64,000 bases of DNA from Strigamia acuminata (GCA_949358305.1 OX442314.1:13888001-13952000), one strand, 5' to 3'. Counted from the stretch's first letter, positions 1-15,400 are shown. Numbers and translations: made by a program. The notes: generated by a model from the letters alone, not told the origin.

Positions 1-3000
1 TGCTTCTTGCATCTCTTCAAGTCAGATTTGCTTCAGTGAAAGGTGATGGGTTGTATAAGATTTTTATGTGCTCGTTTGAATGTCGTGAAAATGGTTGAGA
101 ATGAGAATCATGGGAAGACGATTTAGTATTTTGGGGACAAGCTTGTCTAGGAAAATGAGGCTATTTTTATGGGGATGAGTAAAAGTCATACGTTTGCCAT
201 TTTGGATGGGGTTTTAAACCCATCTGGAACACGATAATGCGATATAGGGTTAAATTTAAAGCGGTGATGCAGTTAGTTAAGAGTAAAACTGCAATAAAAT
301 TAATTTCAAAAAATCTCAAAAAAAATGTATACACATTTTGGATTAAATTAAATATATATCAACTTAATGTACACATTTTTTGTATATAATACAATAAATA
401 TATAATAAATATAATAGAATTATAATTTGAAGAGATCGGCAATTGAAAAAATCAGATTTGAGGGATAAAGGGGTCCCTGGGTAGTTAAATGAATGGAATT
501 ATTGAATGTTATCACAAATGGAGTTTGGGTGCGTGCTCAACAGAAATTACGTGATGGGCTTATCTATCTCAAGCATCTAATGAAAGCATTTTCAAGTGAA
601 AGTATAAAAATATCTATTTTTATTTTTATGGAACTTTCTATAGTTGGCAATCTTGAGCTTGTGGTTAAGGGCTTGTAATGGTAGTTGAGAATCGCTGTTT
701 GTAATTAGTGGATGGTGTTAATTCTGTTACTTTGTGCTTGCTTGTTTATATAGAGAGCACTATCTCATCAATGTCAAATTCTAAACCCTTTCTAATTAAG
801 GACCTCCCTCAAACAAATGCGCGCGCGCACACACTTTCCACAAGCTTAAATCAATAATTTTCTCGTGGTACGTTTCAATTTCCTGCCATTTGACGGCAAA
901 TACTGTATAATATATTTTTTTCTTTGTAAATAATAGATTGGGATGTATCCGATGGGCAAACAACAAGTTCAAACTTAGTTTTGAGTCCAATAAAACATTT
1001 TACTATACACGGCTGTGTTTGTTTCGTGGTTGGTTGGTTTTAATAATAAATTATATTTATGCAATGCAATGAAAGAAATGTGCAAGGGAGTTGGGAGACG
1101 GGGAAGCAAAGTGCACTACTCACTTTAGCCATCAACAGCACGACAATTGAAATAAAAACGTGCGCTAAATTGTTTGAGTTGTTTGCAATATAAATTTCGT
1201 TTTTGAGTGATATGTAGGCATAAGCAGCACTTCCATTATCCATCTGGAAATCGATTGGTTGGCCGGTTTTCAGTGAAACGGGGGAAAATATAAGTTTACA
1301 GTCAAAATAACATGTTTTGATCGAAGCCAAGTGCCAAGTTGTAACTCAACTGTAAAGCGTAGGGTTTCATACGTCATATACTTTTGGAAAACAGTTTTAT
1401 AATATTATTTTGTTTCTACCGAGTCTTTGGTTGATAGAAACTTTAAAAACAAACTTTGATATTTCTAAATATATATATACACTGAAAAGAGACCTCCAAT
1501 GACCCGATTCACTGTTTGGGAAATATCGATGTTGTGCGGTTTTGATAGTCCTTGGTTGTGCAATTGTTTGGCAAATAAGAGACATGCAGTTCGATTGCTG
1601 ACTACCCATGCAAATGTAATCATCATTTTGATTTACGAGTACGGAATTGCTGTTATCATTTGGTGTTGATTTTCGAATTCAATTAAAGTTGTTTTTTCAT
1701 TTTTTTATTTTTTAAATTGATATGAATCTTCAGGGAAAAATTTTGTCTGAAAATTTTGATTGAAGATGAGCCCCTTAGTTGGTTTAAGAAAAAGAAGATG
1801 AAAGAAAAATGAAGCGATCCATCTTGCGTCTCTGGTGTGTATAGATCAAACGACACGAAGTGTGTATGTTTATTGCAAGAGGGCATCACAGGGTTTCGAA
1901 TTCATTTTCTTTGACTGGATGGCATCAATCATAACACAATAGATGAGGAACACACGAGGAAAAAAATAGTTTGATCAATAAAATCTGGCAATCGTTTATT
2001 GTCGGACATGCACATACTGTGCGAGACTCTCTTTCTCTCTCTCGCTCATGCCATTGGCTCGTGCGCACGTCAGTGGCTTCTCCAGCTTGATGAGATCTTG
2101 TCAAGCGCCCAGACCATTTATTTACTTGTGCGTCGTTTCTTTCTCGGAGTACAGTGCAGTCTGTATATGAGTTTGAATCGGTTGTTTATATACCGGGGAA
2201 AAGACTTCTTCATTGGAGTTGTTGTTTAATATAATAACATCCTGCTGCAGGACTTGATTGAAGTTTTTGTTTTTTTTGAAGGGAAAATGTCCGCCATTTA
2301 TTCGGCTCTTCGTTTTTTACATAAATGAGCAAGTTACGTTTTTGTTTTTTTATATTATTTTCTGTAAGCACTTAAGGAGAAAATGGATTGTTCAAAACTC
2401 CAAAAGCTTGAATTCTTATTTTTTCTGTATTTGAAATGCTATTGGATTGGAGTTAACTCTTGCCCGAACTGAATTTTTGATGAAAGCTCTCTGTCGTTGA
2501 GTGTATGGATGCCAGGAGTAGAAAATCGATACGAAATTTATCATTAATTTTTTAAAAAAAAAAGAAAATTAGTAAGAATTTTTTAAAAAATTTATTTTGT
2601 TTAGTTTTATTACTAAAATTGAAATTCAGTCGAGAAAATATAAGAAAAAGCGATGTTCTTTTGTTATTTTATTTTATTTTTTTTTATAAAAATTATTCGT
2701 CTAGTCATGCTTGCAATCGATTTTCAATCGGTTAGAGTTTGAGAATAACTGCACTTGTTTTTATTTAGCTGTAAACCTCGTTTTCCTCGTCGTTATCTCG
2801 CACGTGGAGAGAGGGCACGAATGAGGAAAGGATTGGGCAAGCGTCGGCTTGTTTTCTCTCTGCTTGGAAGAGATAGTTGGAATCAATACATGGCATGCCT
2901 TGTATTGATGTGACAAGCTTGAAAGGCCTGTCGTTGCACTGCATTCACTTGATTGGCACTGTAAAGTGCGGTTGGAAAATTCTATTTGGATTTTGAACAA

Positions 3001-5626
3001 GGAAATTCAATTGTTACAGATTGCCTCAATAAAGCCATTACTGAAGACTGATAGAGAAAAATGTAACAATTTTTTTCTCATTGGTTGGGGCTGATGAAAA
3101 AGGGAAAATGTTTTTGAACACTTTCGAGAAGTTGTTAGTGGTTTAGAAAAAGCGGGTGTTGATATAAAATGATTGGAGTTGAGCGGTCTTGAGGAGGAGC
3201 GAGCGAAAAGGAAATTGTAATGGTTTTAAATGGGGCAGAAAAGATAAACACGGCGTGTCGATAAATAATAAATGGACTCAGCTAATAATTGATGTCGAAA
3301 AGAGATTTGATTTCAGAGACAGTTTGATAGTTGTGAATTCGACTCTCGACCTGACTTGTGTGGCAGCCATTTTGAATTTAGGTGTCAAAACTAAAGTCGG
3401 GGAAAATAAACCACTTCAAAACCACTCTAGTCGTGCTTTCTGGTTTTTAGGTTTTTGATGATGGTTTATTGGTGCCGTTTCTGTGTTTAGAAACACATTC
3501 AATAAAGCGGAACACGACAAAAACAGCACGACCTTCCAGAGGTCGTGCCACGAGTTTCATCGTGTTAATATTTATGCTATTATATGTAGCATTTATATGC
3601 ATTTATAGCCAATTTCAGCTTTTTATTGAATAAAAATAATTCCTATGCATTTATGCATTTATCGGGCCTTAATTATTACAAATGCGTTACGCAGCTAAAA
3701 ATGTATTCTGTTGTTTTTAACGTATGTAAAGGTTTATTTCTGTGATAAAAACGTTACACTAGGTTATCGATTACAACAGTTTCCATTTTTTAAGATCCCA
3801 AATTTTCACCAAAAAAAAACTACGAATGGATCTTTTTTTAAAAAATATTTTATTCGGAAATTCCAATCGGCAAAATCTTGTTACATTTTGATGAATTTTT
3901 ATTGAATTCACGACCTCAAAGCTGTAATATTTTGATATAGCACGTCTGCACGTGGATTTATGTCCGAGTTTAACCCTTTCCATTTCGTTTTTTTTTTATT
4001 GTTAAATGTTATTACGGGTCGACGTAAACGAGTTCATTTTAGCAAGCACTCTTGGAAACTTTTCATTTTGATTTCGCTCGGAATGACACGCCGGATTATA
4101 AGCAGAAGCTATTGCAAACAGTTTGTTTCAATTGTTTTTCGGCGCTTTTAATCAGTTCCGATCGCAAGAAGCATAGCAGGTCATGATTCTATTTTATCTC
4201 TATTGATTTTTAGAAGCAAAGCCTTCGCTCGAGTGTGGAGTGAAATTGAACTAGTGAAATGTAATTGGCCACTTCCGTGTGCAATGAGAGAATTTTGGCC
4301 AACATTCCGCCGCACGGGGTCAAAAGTTGTGCTCGTGGCCTTACTCTGATGGCTCTCTTCAGTGCTCCAATGGTTTCCACGTGCTCACGCTCGACCGAGC
4401 AAGTGAAGGGTCAATTCTTAACTGCATAGTCTTATGGCAGCTACCTTTGTTTATTTCCTCAACTAAATTTTATACTTTATAAAATAACACGGTTTATACT
4501 ACTCCCCAGCTGAAAATTTATACCCCCCAATTAATTTAATTGGCGATGCAAATTGTGTAATGTGAGAAAATAAAAGTTTCGCGATTGATTTATTAACATC
4601 TTAAGTTAATGGCGCGGCGGCCATTTTTGCAGTCATTAGTAATTGCACTTATTCATGGCGGCCATGTGTTGTAATGTGAGATTTTATTTCATGTTTGGTG
4701 AGTGGACTGAAGTTGTTTGACGTCCAAATGTGAGTAATGACCCCAACGGCGACCGTTTTCGTCTGTAGATGGTCTGCATGTCCAATTCTTGGCAACCATG
4801 GAAACACCACGCAGCTAGTCATTCCGGTTGAGAGAATTGAATGGCCATAAATAATGCATCAACTTCTTCGTAAGGACTAAGGACTTTATTGGGGCTATTC
4901 TTATATTTATATAAAATAAAGAAAATGCGATATAAGTCGTTCTTGTTTTTATTTGTCTTCGGAACGAAATTTAATAAAAATCCTATTTACTATAAAACAT
5001 ATTTGGGGAATTGTGACGGTGCATTTTTATTTGTTTTTTGATTCATTTCAAAGCTCTCGTCTTTGAGAGAAAAAGGTTAGAAAAATATTTTCAGGAAATG
5101 GGTCGATTCTAGGAACAATATTGACACGTCATTATTGTAATAATAAAATATTTTTTATTTATTTGTGTTTTATTGTAATTTAGCGTAATTGGACATTTTG
5201 TTCATTCCTTAATTGAAATGCTCCCTCTGCTTCATGCATAAAGATTTTTAAGAGATTCGCTCGATGATGTTGCGTCTCATCTCTTGGGCAGCGGTAATTG
5301 CATTTAATGCAAGTGGATTGGACAAATTTGCAACGCCGATACATTTTGTTTGTCTTTTTTTATTTTTATTATTCGGATTGTTCTGCAGTATTTCGGTGAT
5401 GCGAGACGTTATTTGAAATTTAAACTATTTTTTTGCTTTTCCCAGTAAATTTGTTGACGGCTTGATCGAACTGGAAAGTGAAAAATGATCTTTCAGGTCA
5501 TTTTGAAATGTTTTCTATATCATTTGATGAAAGATGGCAGAAACTGTCATTTTTAGTTTCTATTTTTTATTTCTTTTAAGTGACCTTTATGGTTGGAAAA
5601 AAGGGAAAAATAGAAAATACTCTGTA

Positions 5627-5713
5627 TATCGTATTTTATCGATTAAGGGCCGCGGCTCCTATTAAAAACTGCCATTTTTGTCAGCAATTACAATTTTGGT
5701 TTTTCGTTTGTTA
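5627..5713 (+). repeat. Dispersed repeat (DNA-transposon end, CCGTATTT-type); inverted copy at 54086-54156
   Basis: CGTATTTTATCGATTA...AAAACTGCCATTTTTGTCAGCAATTACAATTT.GGTTTTTCGTTTGTTA matches the reverse complement of 54086-54156, apart from a ~16-nt indel. Confidence 0.8.
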
Positions 5714-8239
5714 TATTTTCCAAATTTGAACTTTTTTCTGCAGATTCTGTTAGTATTCCGTTAGTATTCATTTGTACTGTTACTGTATATAGAATACTAG
5801 ACTACATGGCTTCCCCAGATTTTTTTTTATTGCATTTATTAATATTAATGTTAATATACTGTGCGTCCCGTATACGCGAAACAGTAATATAGATCAAGAG
5901 CCGGCAAACAAAATTAAATTGTTTATGTAAGCAAAATGTTTGATTTATTGCGTTGCAGAATTGGATCTGGATCCAGTTGAAAGCTTGACAATTTATTACC
6001 CAATTTTTTTTTCTCTTTGAAAGAGGAAAGGGCATTTGGTAAATAGACTGCTAACGTGAGTAATGAATGGGTAGTTAGGACTCTGTTTTGCATTAAAAAT
6101 TGCTCCAGTGTTTATTTGCGCGCTAATGATAACAATTTAGTGGCCATTGCCTATAATTGCACTTCCCTCGAACGACTGCTAGACATGAAATCCGATGCAG
6201 AGAATCTTGCCAGTTTCATACATGTTTCGTGCGTCAAGTTAAAATTAGTTTGCGCAGAATTAAATTTAGCTCAGTCTGCATTTGCGCTTTGGTCAATTTG
6301 GAGCCACTTTAATTTTGATGGACATTGAAATGCTTAATGCAATTAAAGAGGATTGCATTTTCTTGGCACGGCATTTTCTTGACAGAATTGGTGGCAGGCA
6401 ATGACGCATTCTCTCTTTCGCGCTCCGTTTTATAGATCGTAGTAAAGCAAAGCCTCTTGCCAGCTGTATTCATTTTATAGGCGTAATTACAGCAAGTAGG
6501 CTAAGATTGATTTCTGCTAGTTTTTCCGAGAATACAATTTGCCTTTGCTTGTTGTCGTTTTTTAATGTGTTTTTACTCACCAAAGACCCACTTTGTTTCA
6601 AAGGCGAAGAACCGACTGTGGGGTTATTGCCCACTATAAAAGTTGATTCAAATTGTAATATATTTTGTTCCTTATTGCCGAGTTTCTGCTTGCTTTAATA
6701 AGTGTGTGTATTTCGGGTTGTTAAATGCGGGCATTATTTTTATGATACCATATTTGGAATTGGATAATTATTTCTGTTGGAACCTTGGTTTGTGAGATGG
6801 GTGAAGGAATATAAAAATAAAGAAACAAGCAAATAAAAAGAGGATTATTACGAGAATGCATTTATTGTTTGTTACGGAGTATTTAGCAGAAAAGTACAAA
6901 AAAAAACGGATGGAAACGTTTGGATTTACCGCTAAACATTTTTTTTCTCTGGAATATTTCGAGCAACAGTTTAGGTTGCCATTGCTCCTTGCAGGCGGAT
7001 TTGAAAGTGTAATTAGAAGTCGTTTCCAGTGGAGACTTTGGTTTAATTGTAGCAATTGTTCGCACTATTTACTAGAGAGATAAATAAGGATTGTAGAGTA
7101 GAACTGGAGTTAACTAGATTTATGTTGCTCGTATCAAGAGCCATTTTTACCCAAATTTGTATCAAGTTTCATTACCACTCGAAGTATGCCCTAATTTAGG
7201 CCTGCTTTGTCAATTTGAGTTTGCAATTTAGGGCTGAAAGTTAGGACAATTAGTAATAAATGACAGTTTGTTGTCGTCGACGTTGTCAACAACCTCTCAC
7301 TCTTGAGGATGTTCCGTGAGCTAACTGCACAAAAAAGAAGTGAAAGCATATTTTTTTTCAGCTCTGAAATCTTGTTCTAATAATACTCATAAGTCATATT
7401 AGGGTCACGACCGGTCCTGTAAGAGAGTGATTAGTGGGCGCCTAAGGGTGAGTCGCACTTTCACGTCTTTATTAGTACATGTATCACTATTAAGCCACCA
7501 CATGGCTGCACTTATAGTTACCAATCGGGGCCTAAAAACGAAAGAAATGTAATAAATTTAAATTTTTATTTACATTTTGGTATGTTCTCGAACATTAATA
7601 TGAGAGATATTAAATTGCAGTTTTTCTGAAATATATGGCCAGACATGTGCACTCACATTCTTTTTATTGATGATGTTATTGAATTGCCAGCAAGGGAACA
7701 TGGAAACTCGAACACGGGAGAATTTATACACATTTCATGGAGGGACTTGTACGGTCATATGTCATAAAGAAGGCGGGTGGAGGCGGCGCACGTCCGTGCC
7801 GGTGTGGCCAGTCCCTGTGCAGTTGTTGAAAGCTGTCCCATCCCACCAAATGGTGCTTGCGAACAAATCTTACGAGTGTAATCGGAGTCGAGATATAAGA
7901 AGGAAATGGCCTAAATCTTTGCTCTACTCCCACGCCCCCGCTTGGTGAATTACGAGCAAACTGCAACTGATTGTATGAATATGTGTTGGAGAGCGGAACA
8001 CGGCAGGCAGAGCATATCGTAAAGGAATGTCGTGCGCTGAGCTGTTGCCTCGCATCTTAAGACATCCGTATAAAAAGAATTATGGGCAATAATACGCCAG
8101 TGCATCTCTGGTGGACTATCAGATTTTCTTTCAGTCAATATACCGTCGCATCAAGGGCTTAAATTGAATAAAACAGTATAAAATCATTTAATATTTTAAA
8201 GACAAAACTGTAAACATTGCAATCTCAATTAATTGACTA

Positions 8240-8647
8240 CCGTCTTCCCTCGAATACAACGTCATGACTTCTGAAAAATCAGAAGTTGAGCGAAATTTGG
8301 CAAAAGAAATTAGATTATTAATAAATAGAAAATAAATTAGAAAATTTCAATTACAAAAAAGTAGTTATTTTATTACTCAAATTATTTTAATTGCAAAACA
8401 TTTTAATTCGTGCCAAATTTGTTTTCAATTCGTGCCAAATTCGTGTCAAATATGTTTTATTTCGTGTCCAATTCGTTTTAATTCGTGTTCAATTCGTTTT
8501 TCCGGCATCGCGCCTGTAAAAACCGCACCCGGCAACGCTTCCCGGCATCGCACCCGTCAATACACACGAAAATAACGTTTATGACATTGTATTCGAAGTG
8601 ACGTTACAAACGAATAATCGCATTACGTTGTATTCGAGAGAAGTCAG
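8240..8647. mobile_element. Tc1/pogo(Tc2)-like MITE with internal short tandem repeats
   Basis: TA|CCGTCTTCCCTCGAATACAACGTCATG ... CATTACGTTGTATTCGAGAGAAGTCAG|TA. Internal AATTCGTGYCA repeats (~8405-8500) and CCGGCATCGC repeats. Confidence 0.75.
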
Positions 8648-11600
8648 TAGTTGCAATTGTTTTTATGGTGCCAAAACTATTAACAAAAGCTCGACAAACT
8701 CCCAGAGGGTTTAAATTCTTTTTATTTTGCTGATAGAAGGCCGACAATCAATGTGAAGATAATGATTACTCTAACAGACCATTGTGTCAGATTGCTTCCA
8801 AACCAGGTTGAAAAGTTGATTACAACCTAACGAGCATGCTGCCACTGTTTGGAGATGATTGTGAGGTGTTTGGTGTCAAATACCAGCTTGTCAGATCATT
8901 ATAGTTGCAATTTAAGCTTAAAAGTGGAGAAAAAAATGAAGTTAGATTGCTGAGTTGGACAGATTGTTATAAACTCATGTGTAAACACACCAATAAGTGG
9001 TTTCCCTCGTTTCTCTGTGATCTATTAAGTCAACAAGTACTAAAAAAAACTATTTGTTAATGTGTTTAATGTAAATGAAATTTTATCCTGTGGTTAGAAC
9101 TACCTTGATTGTCTATTTGTCTTCGAATCCCGACATTTGTACTTGATTAATGACATCGTGGGCAAATGCTTTCGCAGTGGTTTGTTTTTGTTTATATCTC
9201 GCTGTAGAGAAATAAATCATTCGTGGTCAGGACTCGGAGGCCATTAAATGTTAATCATTCTAATGCAATGACTAAATTATTTATAAAATCTCTTATCTTT
9301 TTTTTAAAAAAAAATTTCTTTCGCTTTAACTTCACTTGACATTATCCATTTTTTTTCTTTCCTCATCTTTTTTCTTTCTCTTAGTTGATTTTTTTTGCCC
9401 ACGTTGAATCGTGCTTTTCATGTTGAAACTTCTTGAAATTAGATTGCTTGAGTGAATTTTAACTGGCTCTGTTCAGTATACACCTTCTACCTCTCGCTGA
9501 CTCGCAGCCATTTTTCTTTTCATGCCGTCAATTCGTATTTGACAAATGGCAATGATGACGGTGTGTGTTTCGTTCTTGCGATATTCGATAGTGGAAAACT
9601 CAATCACATTGTGCACTGGGCCTGCTACTTGTGCATTGACTGGTTATTTTGTGTTGACTCTAATGTGATTTACGATTTGTAATTAAGGAATAAGTGGCAA
9701 GAAGCAACGCCAATGACTGGCAATTTAATTTTTCCATCTACTTGAACCTCTTTTCATCTGTCATGTGCAGCAAATGTCAATTTGAATAGTTCGTTACGCT
9801 ATTTAAAGAGAAAAAAAGTTTTTTTTTTCTTTTTCTTTTTATTTATATAAAGCTACCCCTGGGAATTGAAAGGGAGGGCTTTGTTGCATCAATCAAGAAT
9901 AACAAGTGAATTGCTTTGAAGAAATCTGTCTTCCATCACATCTGCATTTTTCCAATCACATTATTTGAGTGAAAGGGTGAAATTAAAAGATGAAAAAGCG
10001 TGAAAAAAAAGTACAAGCTGTTTTAGATTCAAGCAGTGTGTTATTGAATTTCGTGTAAGTCTTACAATAAAATGTGATTTATAGTATTCGCTCCTTAGGT
10101 AGGCGATAATAAATAGTGAAAGGAGGACTCAGACTGAAAATATTGCATTTTATATATCTTAGACACTAAAGTGACCCGACTTTCGAAGCAGGAGCTAACG
10201 TATTATTTTATACCAAAGGATAGAATCTCCAAGTGATAAAACTGGAAAGCAAAGGGGAGGACAGCGAAGAAGAAAGGGGGGAATTGTAGCAAGCTACATA
10301 ACGCTCGGATTGGTGAAATATATGTGAAAAAATTTACGACACTAAATTCCGTCGTGAAAATCCTCAATAACAAGTCAGATATTGACTTAATCCATATATA
10401 TTTTTCAAGGGTTTTACTGGGGGAACATGTGGTACCATTTTTTTCTTCTTCTGGAAGTGGCGGAATGCGAGAACGCAAAGAAAGAATTTGTAATGACACA
10501 GTGAGACAGTAGTAGATGAAGGTGTTGGCGTGGTATAAAGCGGAAGTTGGATGCGAATTCCCAAGTGTGTTTTTTGGATCCATCTGTGTCATTCTTGGAG
10601 AGGAAATGGTCTCGTTTAAACTCACTGATCTGCCGTTAAATGAGAAAAGGGAAAGAGGAATTCTTTTTGGTTCGCTGGTCTTAAAAAAATAAGTAACGGG
10701 TTTTTTGCCCGTCTCTTAAGACCATCTTTAGCGTAGAAATACTATTATTTCGCGCCCTTGTTTTTTGTTGAGTGGTTTCATTTTCTTTTATATGCAATTT
10801 TACAATCACTTGCTGCTCCACGACTTGAGCAAGAGGTTATACTAGTACTTTATAAGTGCTCTTTTACTTTTAAGTGGTAACAAGGTTAGTTGGATGGGTT
10901 AAGAAATTGTTTAATAACAATGAAGGATGGATTGGATGGTCATTAATTCTTGATGGAGCTGAGGAATCGAATTGTTGGTTTTCTGCTTGGTGGACAAGTG
11001 ATTAAATCATGGACATTGTAAATAGATGAACGTCAATTTAGTGTCGGTTGATCATGGTTCTAGCAAATTACATATTTACTACTTACTTATTGATTTTTAT
11101 TGATTTTTTTTTCTGAATGTCATTTTTCTCGTAAACTGAATTTAGAAAATATGTTTGTAACTTATTATAAGGAAAACATCTACATTTAACATGACGATTG
11201 TCAAGCTTGTTGCACACGGAGAAAATAAAGCAACAATATTTCGGTACTACGCTGTAAATTACTTTTAATGATGAGTATCAAAGGGAGTTTAAATTCGCTT
11301 TTCGAAGAAATGACTGAAATATTCGAAAATTCGAAGAAACAAAATTCGAAGAAGTGATGGGGAATCGTTTATTGTTGTTTATTTGCTTAATTTTAGCATT
11401 ATTAGGCTTAATATTGGTAAGTAAGAACTGGAGTCTGCGCAGAATGGGATGCGCAGTAGGAATTTAGCATCAAGATACCGGGCGGGAACAGATTCCATTT
11501 GCGAAATAATAATAAAAAAAAGCAAGAAAAAAAAGCATGTAATTTATTTTTTCATATTTATTTTTCTCCAATATTTTTCTTCCATCTTCTATAAACCAGG

Positions 11601-12442
11601 CATTTGTTTTCAAGTTTACATTATTTGCTTGTCATCCTACTTGGCCACGTTTTTTTCCCCAATAATGTACGAGTTGGTCGGTAAATCAATAAGGAAGTGG
11701 ATCTCTGTCTGACTTGGAACCATTCCAATGAAATGACCTCTTCTCAGATGGATGTTGTGCTACACGGAAGGACATTTCTGTCACAGTCTAGATGAATTAA
11801 ATGAAGGGAGGTGGAATGCACTAAGAGGTAAAAGACGAACGACACCCATATCCGAAGCCGCATATGACATAAAATATTCCCATCGCTTCATACGGCGAAA
11901 CTGACCCTTCGGCCAGCAAGTTGCGAGGCGTGGGGACCTGAAAAGATGATTGTGACACACTGTGGTCATCCCATTTCGATCAGACAGATAAGCGGACTTT
12001 GCCTAGCAGGATGTAGGTCGCACACTTGAGCCCCCAACTCAAGCCCATCAATATCGGATATAAATCCCCTCCCAACACCCCAACTCTTTTGCCTTGCCAG
12101 CCAAGACACTTTTGTTTAACTCGTGGAATGAGGAGAAGAGTGAAATTGCAATTTTGATGTGCGTGTGCAGCGGAGCGAAATTAGAGGAGAAATTGGACAC
12201 GTCAATTTCTAGTCTTGTGTAAAGTTGAAAGTCTTGCCTTTGGGCTGCCATTAAATTGCACGTTGTTATAAGCAAGCACGGTTCGTATTTTTCAGTTTTT
12301 TTTCTTTTTTGTTTTTAAAAGTGTGTAAAAATGGGAATGAAAGGAGTGGTTCATTGAGTTAGGGTTGTGCGGTAGGTGCGAGTTGCAGTTTATTAAAGTT
12401 GATTACATCTGACAATCACTCATTGCTGTAAAACTTATGAAG

Positions 12443-12468
12443 AGAGAGTGAGAGTGAGAGTGAGAGTG
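12443..12468 (+). repeat. (GAGAGT)n microsatellite
   Basis: Direct reading of about 4 units. Confidence 0.8.
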
Positions 12469-15400
12469 TGGTGTGCTGGCTAAATTAATGATTACGGACT
12501 GTCTGAATAAATGGCTCGTACTAATAGCCAAGTTTGCATCGTCCGCCGCTGTTATGACTTTTATGTTGCAACATTTTTCTTTTCTTCTCCATTTTCGGAT
12601 AATGGAAGAGTGTGTTTTCCAGGAAGAATATTTTTAGCGGAAGTTTGCCAATTGTTCGTTCTTATCGCGCAAGTCGATCGTTGAAAATGATGACTTGACA
12701 AGAGTCTTACTTATACGATCTCGGAGCCTAATTTATGAACATAATCCGTAGGAGAAAGTAGCGGCGGACCTTTGTCAACACGAGCAACCAACCGGCTTTG
12801 GATTTTCCTCCGGTTTTATGATGTAACCTGTGGCATTCAAAGTGCTGCGACTGTTAGATCTGCGAGTGCGCGACGTCCTTGGCCGCGTGCGAGTATGTGT
12901 GTGGTCGGTTGCACATGACCTTTGCTAAGCAGTCAATAAATTGAGGCTGGATGAGTAAAATTGCAGAAAATGTGCCGGATATGATGAGAGTCGTTTCTCG
13001 CTCGTATATTTGGTGATTTATCGAACGAGGGCAGAGTGGCCGAATCCGGGATTTATTATACGGTGAAGGTGAAATGCGTTTTCCTTTGTGTCGTCTCTTG
13101 CTAATGAGTGTTTGGTGCGAGGTTGTGATAAATGGCGACTGCTGCATCACTGAGTTCCATTTATTAGGTTGTACAATGTGTGATGAATATTAGTAATTGT
13201 TTCTTATGGTCTGGATTAGCATGGAAAATTGGTGTTGGGGTTTGAACCGAGTGGCACTTGACCTTTAAGAGCGGATTCAGTTAATTTGCGTATTGATTTT
13301 GATGCAGCTAACCGATTTTCAGATTAGTTAGAACGGGAGAAATGTTATTTAAATTTTTAAATAAAAATCTGATGGTTTTTATTAGAATTTAGATTAAACG
13401 GGCGGGATTTTATATGAATTTTTCGAGATAAATTTTACACTGCTCACCATTTACCAATATAAAAAAAATATATTTACTATTCAATTCTTTTTTATGTTCT
13501 GAAAGAGTGCGTTGCCAAGTTTTTTTTTCTTTCTGGTGTACAACATCACTGGCAGGAAGTTGGCAACCATTGGAATATAATTTCTCGAACTACTGTTGGG
13601 CTGTAACATGCTCCAACGTTTAAAAATGGCCATTAAAGTGTATTTTTTTTTTAAGAAAAAGATAGTAACGCTAAAAGCTTGTAAAAAGTAAAATCTATAT
13701 TTTCTCTCTCTTCGTTATAATTTGGATTTGTACGGATGATCTCATCAAAGGTTAAATCCCTGTGTCAAATGTTTGAAAAATGAATATAATTTTCTGGTAG
13801 GAGAGAAGCCACCTTGTGATTATAGTCGGGGTGCCCGACGATGCGTATAGTGTGCTTTCTCTGCATAACATGGGTGTAGACCGTTGAAGCCTATTCGTCG
13901 CTTCGTAATTTCTCACACGGCTCGTTTTCAAGTTCCCTTCTTGCCTTTGCTTCATACGCGTTTGACTAATGGACTGAGTGATACGAAACGCAATTTCTCA
14001 CGCTGCACACTGTGATTGTCGCCGTCGTTAGTGCGATCGGATTTGTTTGAGGCGGAGAAACTTGCACATGCGCACTAGGAAATGGATGAATGATCCTAGA
14101 CGTCGCCAGCAGGATACAACATCTTTAGGTTTTATCAGGGGATGAGATGGGTGAGTTTTGTCTGCAACTGAAAAGGGGTGATGATAAATGACCAGTGGAA
14201 ATAAATGTTTTGACAGTGTTGAGAGAAGTGAGATAAGGATCGGAGCATTTGTTAGCTTTTTCTGTGTTAATTAAATGGAGAAATGGTTGTATTGGTCTCC
14301 ATAGGATTCCAGGGCCTCTCATTACACGATAGGGTTGAATTGATTTTACGTTGAGATTAAACGCGAGTTTGGCCTTATTATTTTTGCCGAATTTAAGGGC
14401 GTGATTAATTAAAAGCACTTGTGGTTGATTAAGGCGGGTAACTGGGCTTAATTTAGTGGCTAATTTGGAATTTCTCTCTCTTAATCGTAAGAAATTTTGC
14501 TTTTATTGCGGGATGAGTTGTTTGCTTTTGTTTTAATTTAATTTTATTTTGTTTATGTCGTTTGGAATTTTATTTTATTTTATTTTATTTTGTTTATCTC
14601 GTTTGTTTTATTTTATTTTGTTTATTTCGATTCTTTTATTTCATCTATTCTAAATCAATATCGATTGGAAAGAGGAACAGGTGTGAAGAGCAGATACAGG
14701 ATTTCATTGAATTTTGATTGAATGCTGTAAATTAATTTTGTTTTCTAAAGGAAATATTGATTTTTTTAGGGATAAAAATGTTTTGTTTTGTCAGTGAATA
14801 GTTTACTGCACTTTCTTTCGTTATGTTTTTTGTTTTTTTGGTTTTTTATTTAGGTAGTCTGTATTTTATTGTTTGGAATTTTAATTGAATTTTAGCGCAG
14901 GTTTAAAACGATCGTTGAAGATGGTCAAATATGTTAGATTTTCATTTTCATTCTCCATGTGGAATTTGGGGTCATCATAACCCCTTGTGTAAATAAGTGA
15001 AAAAATAGTGAAACAAGCTAATATTAGAGGGCGCTGGATCTCGGATGCTTTTGGATGTTGTGGAATTTGGCACGAGAGGGCAGCATATTATTGCTCGTTT
15101 GACATTCGATAAGGTCTCGTTCTCGGTCTAGTACCAACAATTCGATAGGTATTTTTCATTAACCCAAGTTAATTTCATCATGTTTGAAATTTGAAATCGT
15201 GTTTAGCATAGAAATGATGGGAAGAAGTTTTGGGATTAATTAATTCGGGGGCGCAGATTTAGGTGGACATGCGGGTTGACATGACAGTATAGGTCGACAG
15301 GTCAGCACGACCCCCATCATGTTGAAAGTACTAGGTCGACAAGCCCTAAAACTAATTAATTCTTGAAAAAACCAAGGTTAGGTTAAGGTGAGCCCACTAT

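Noticed and set aside
3526..3548. 9-bp hairpin GCACGACCT-TCCAG-AGGTCGTGC as a Helitron 3' end or terminator
   Set aside because: No downstream CTRR or U-tract, and no second copy seen.
7960..8060. AEHIVKECRAL, resembling the C-terminal zinc knuckle of non-LTR retrotransposons
   Set aside because: The upstream CxxC is not in frame and there is no RT remnant nearby; too weak without a profile search.
9085..9135. tRNA/SINE-like A and B box fragments (TGGTTAGAAC...TTCGAATCCCG)
   Set aside because: No cloverleaf can be folded and the boxes are degenerate.
11700..12120. GC-richer block that might be a decayed coding or transposon fragment
   Set aside because: Manual translation gave no recognisable motif.
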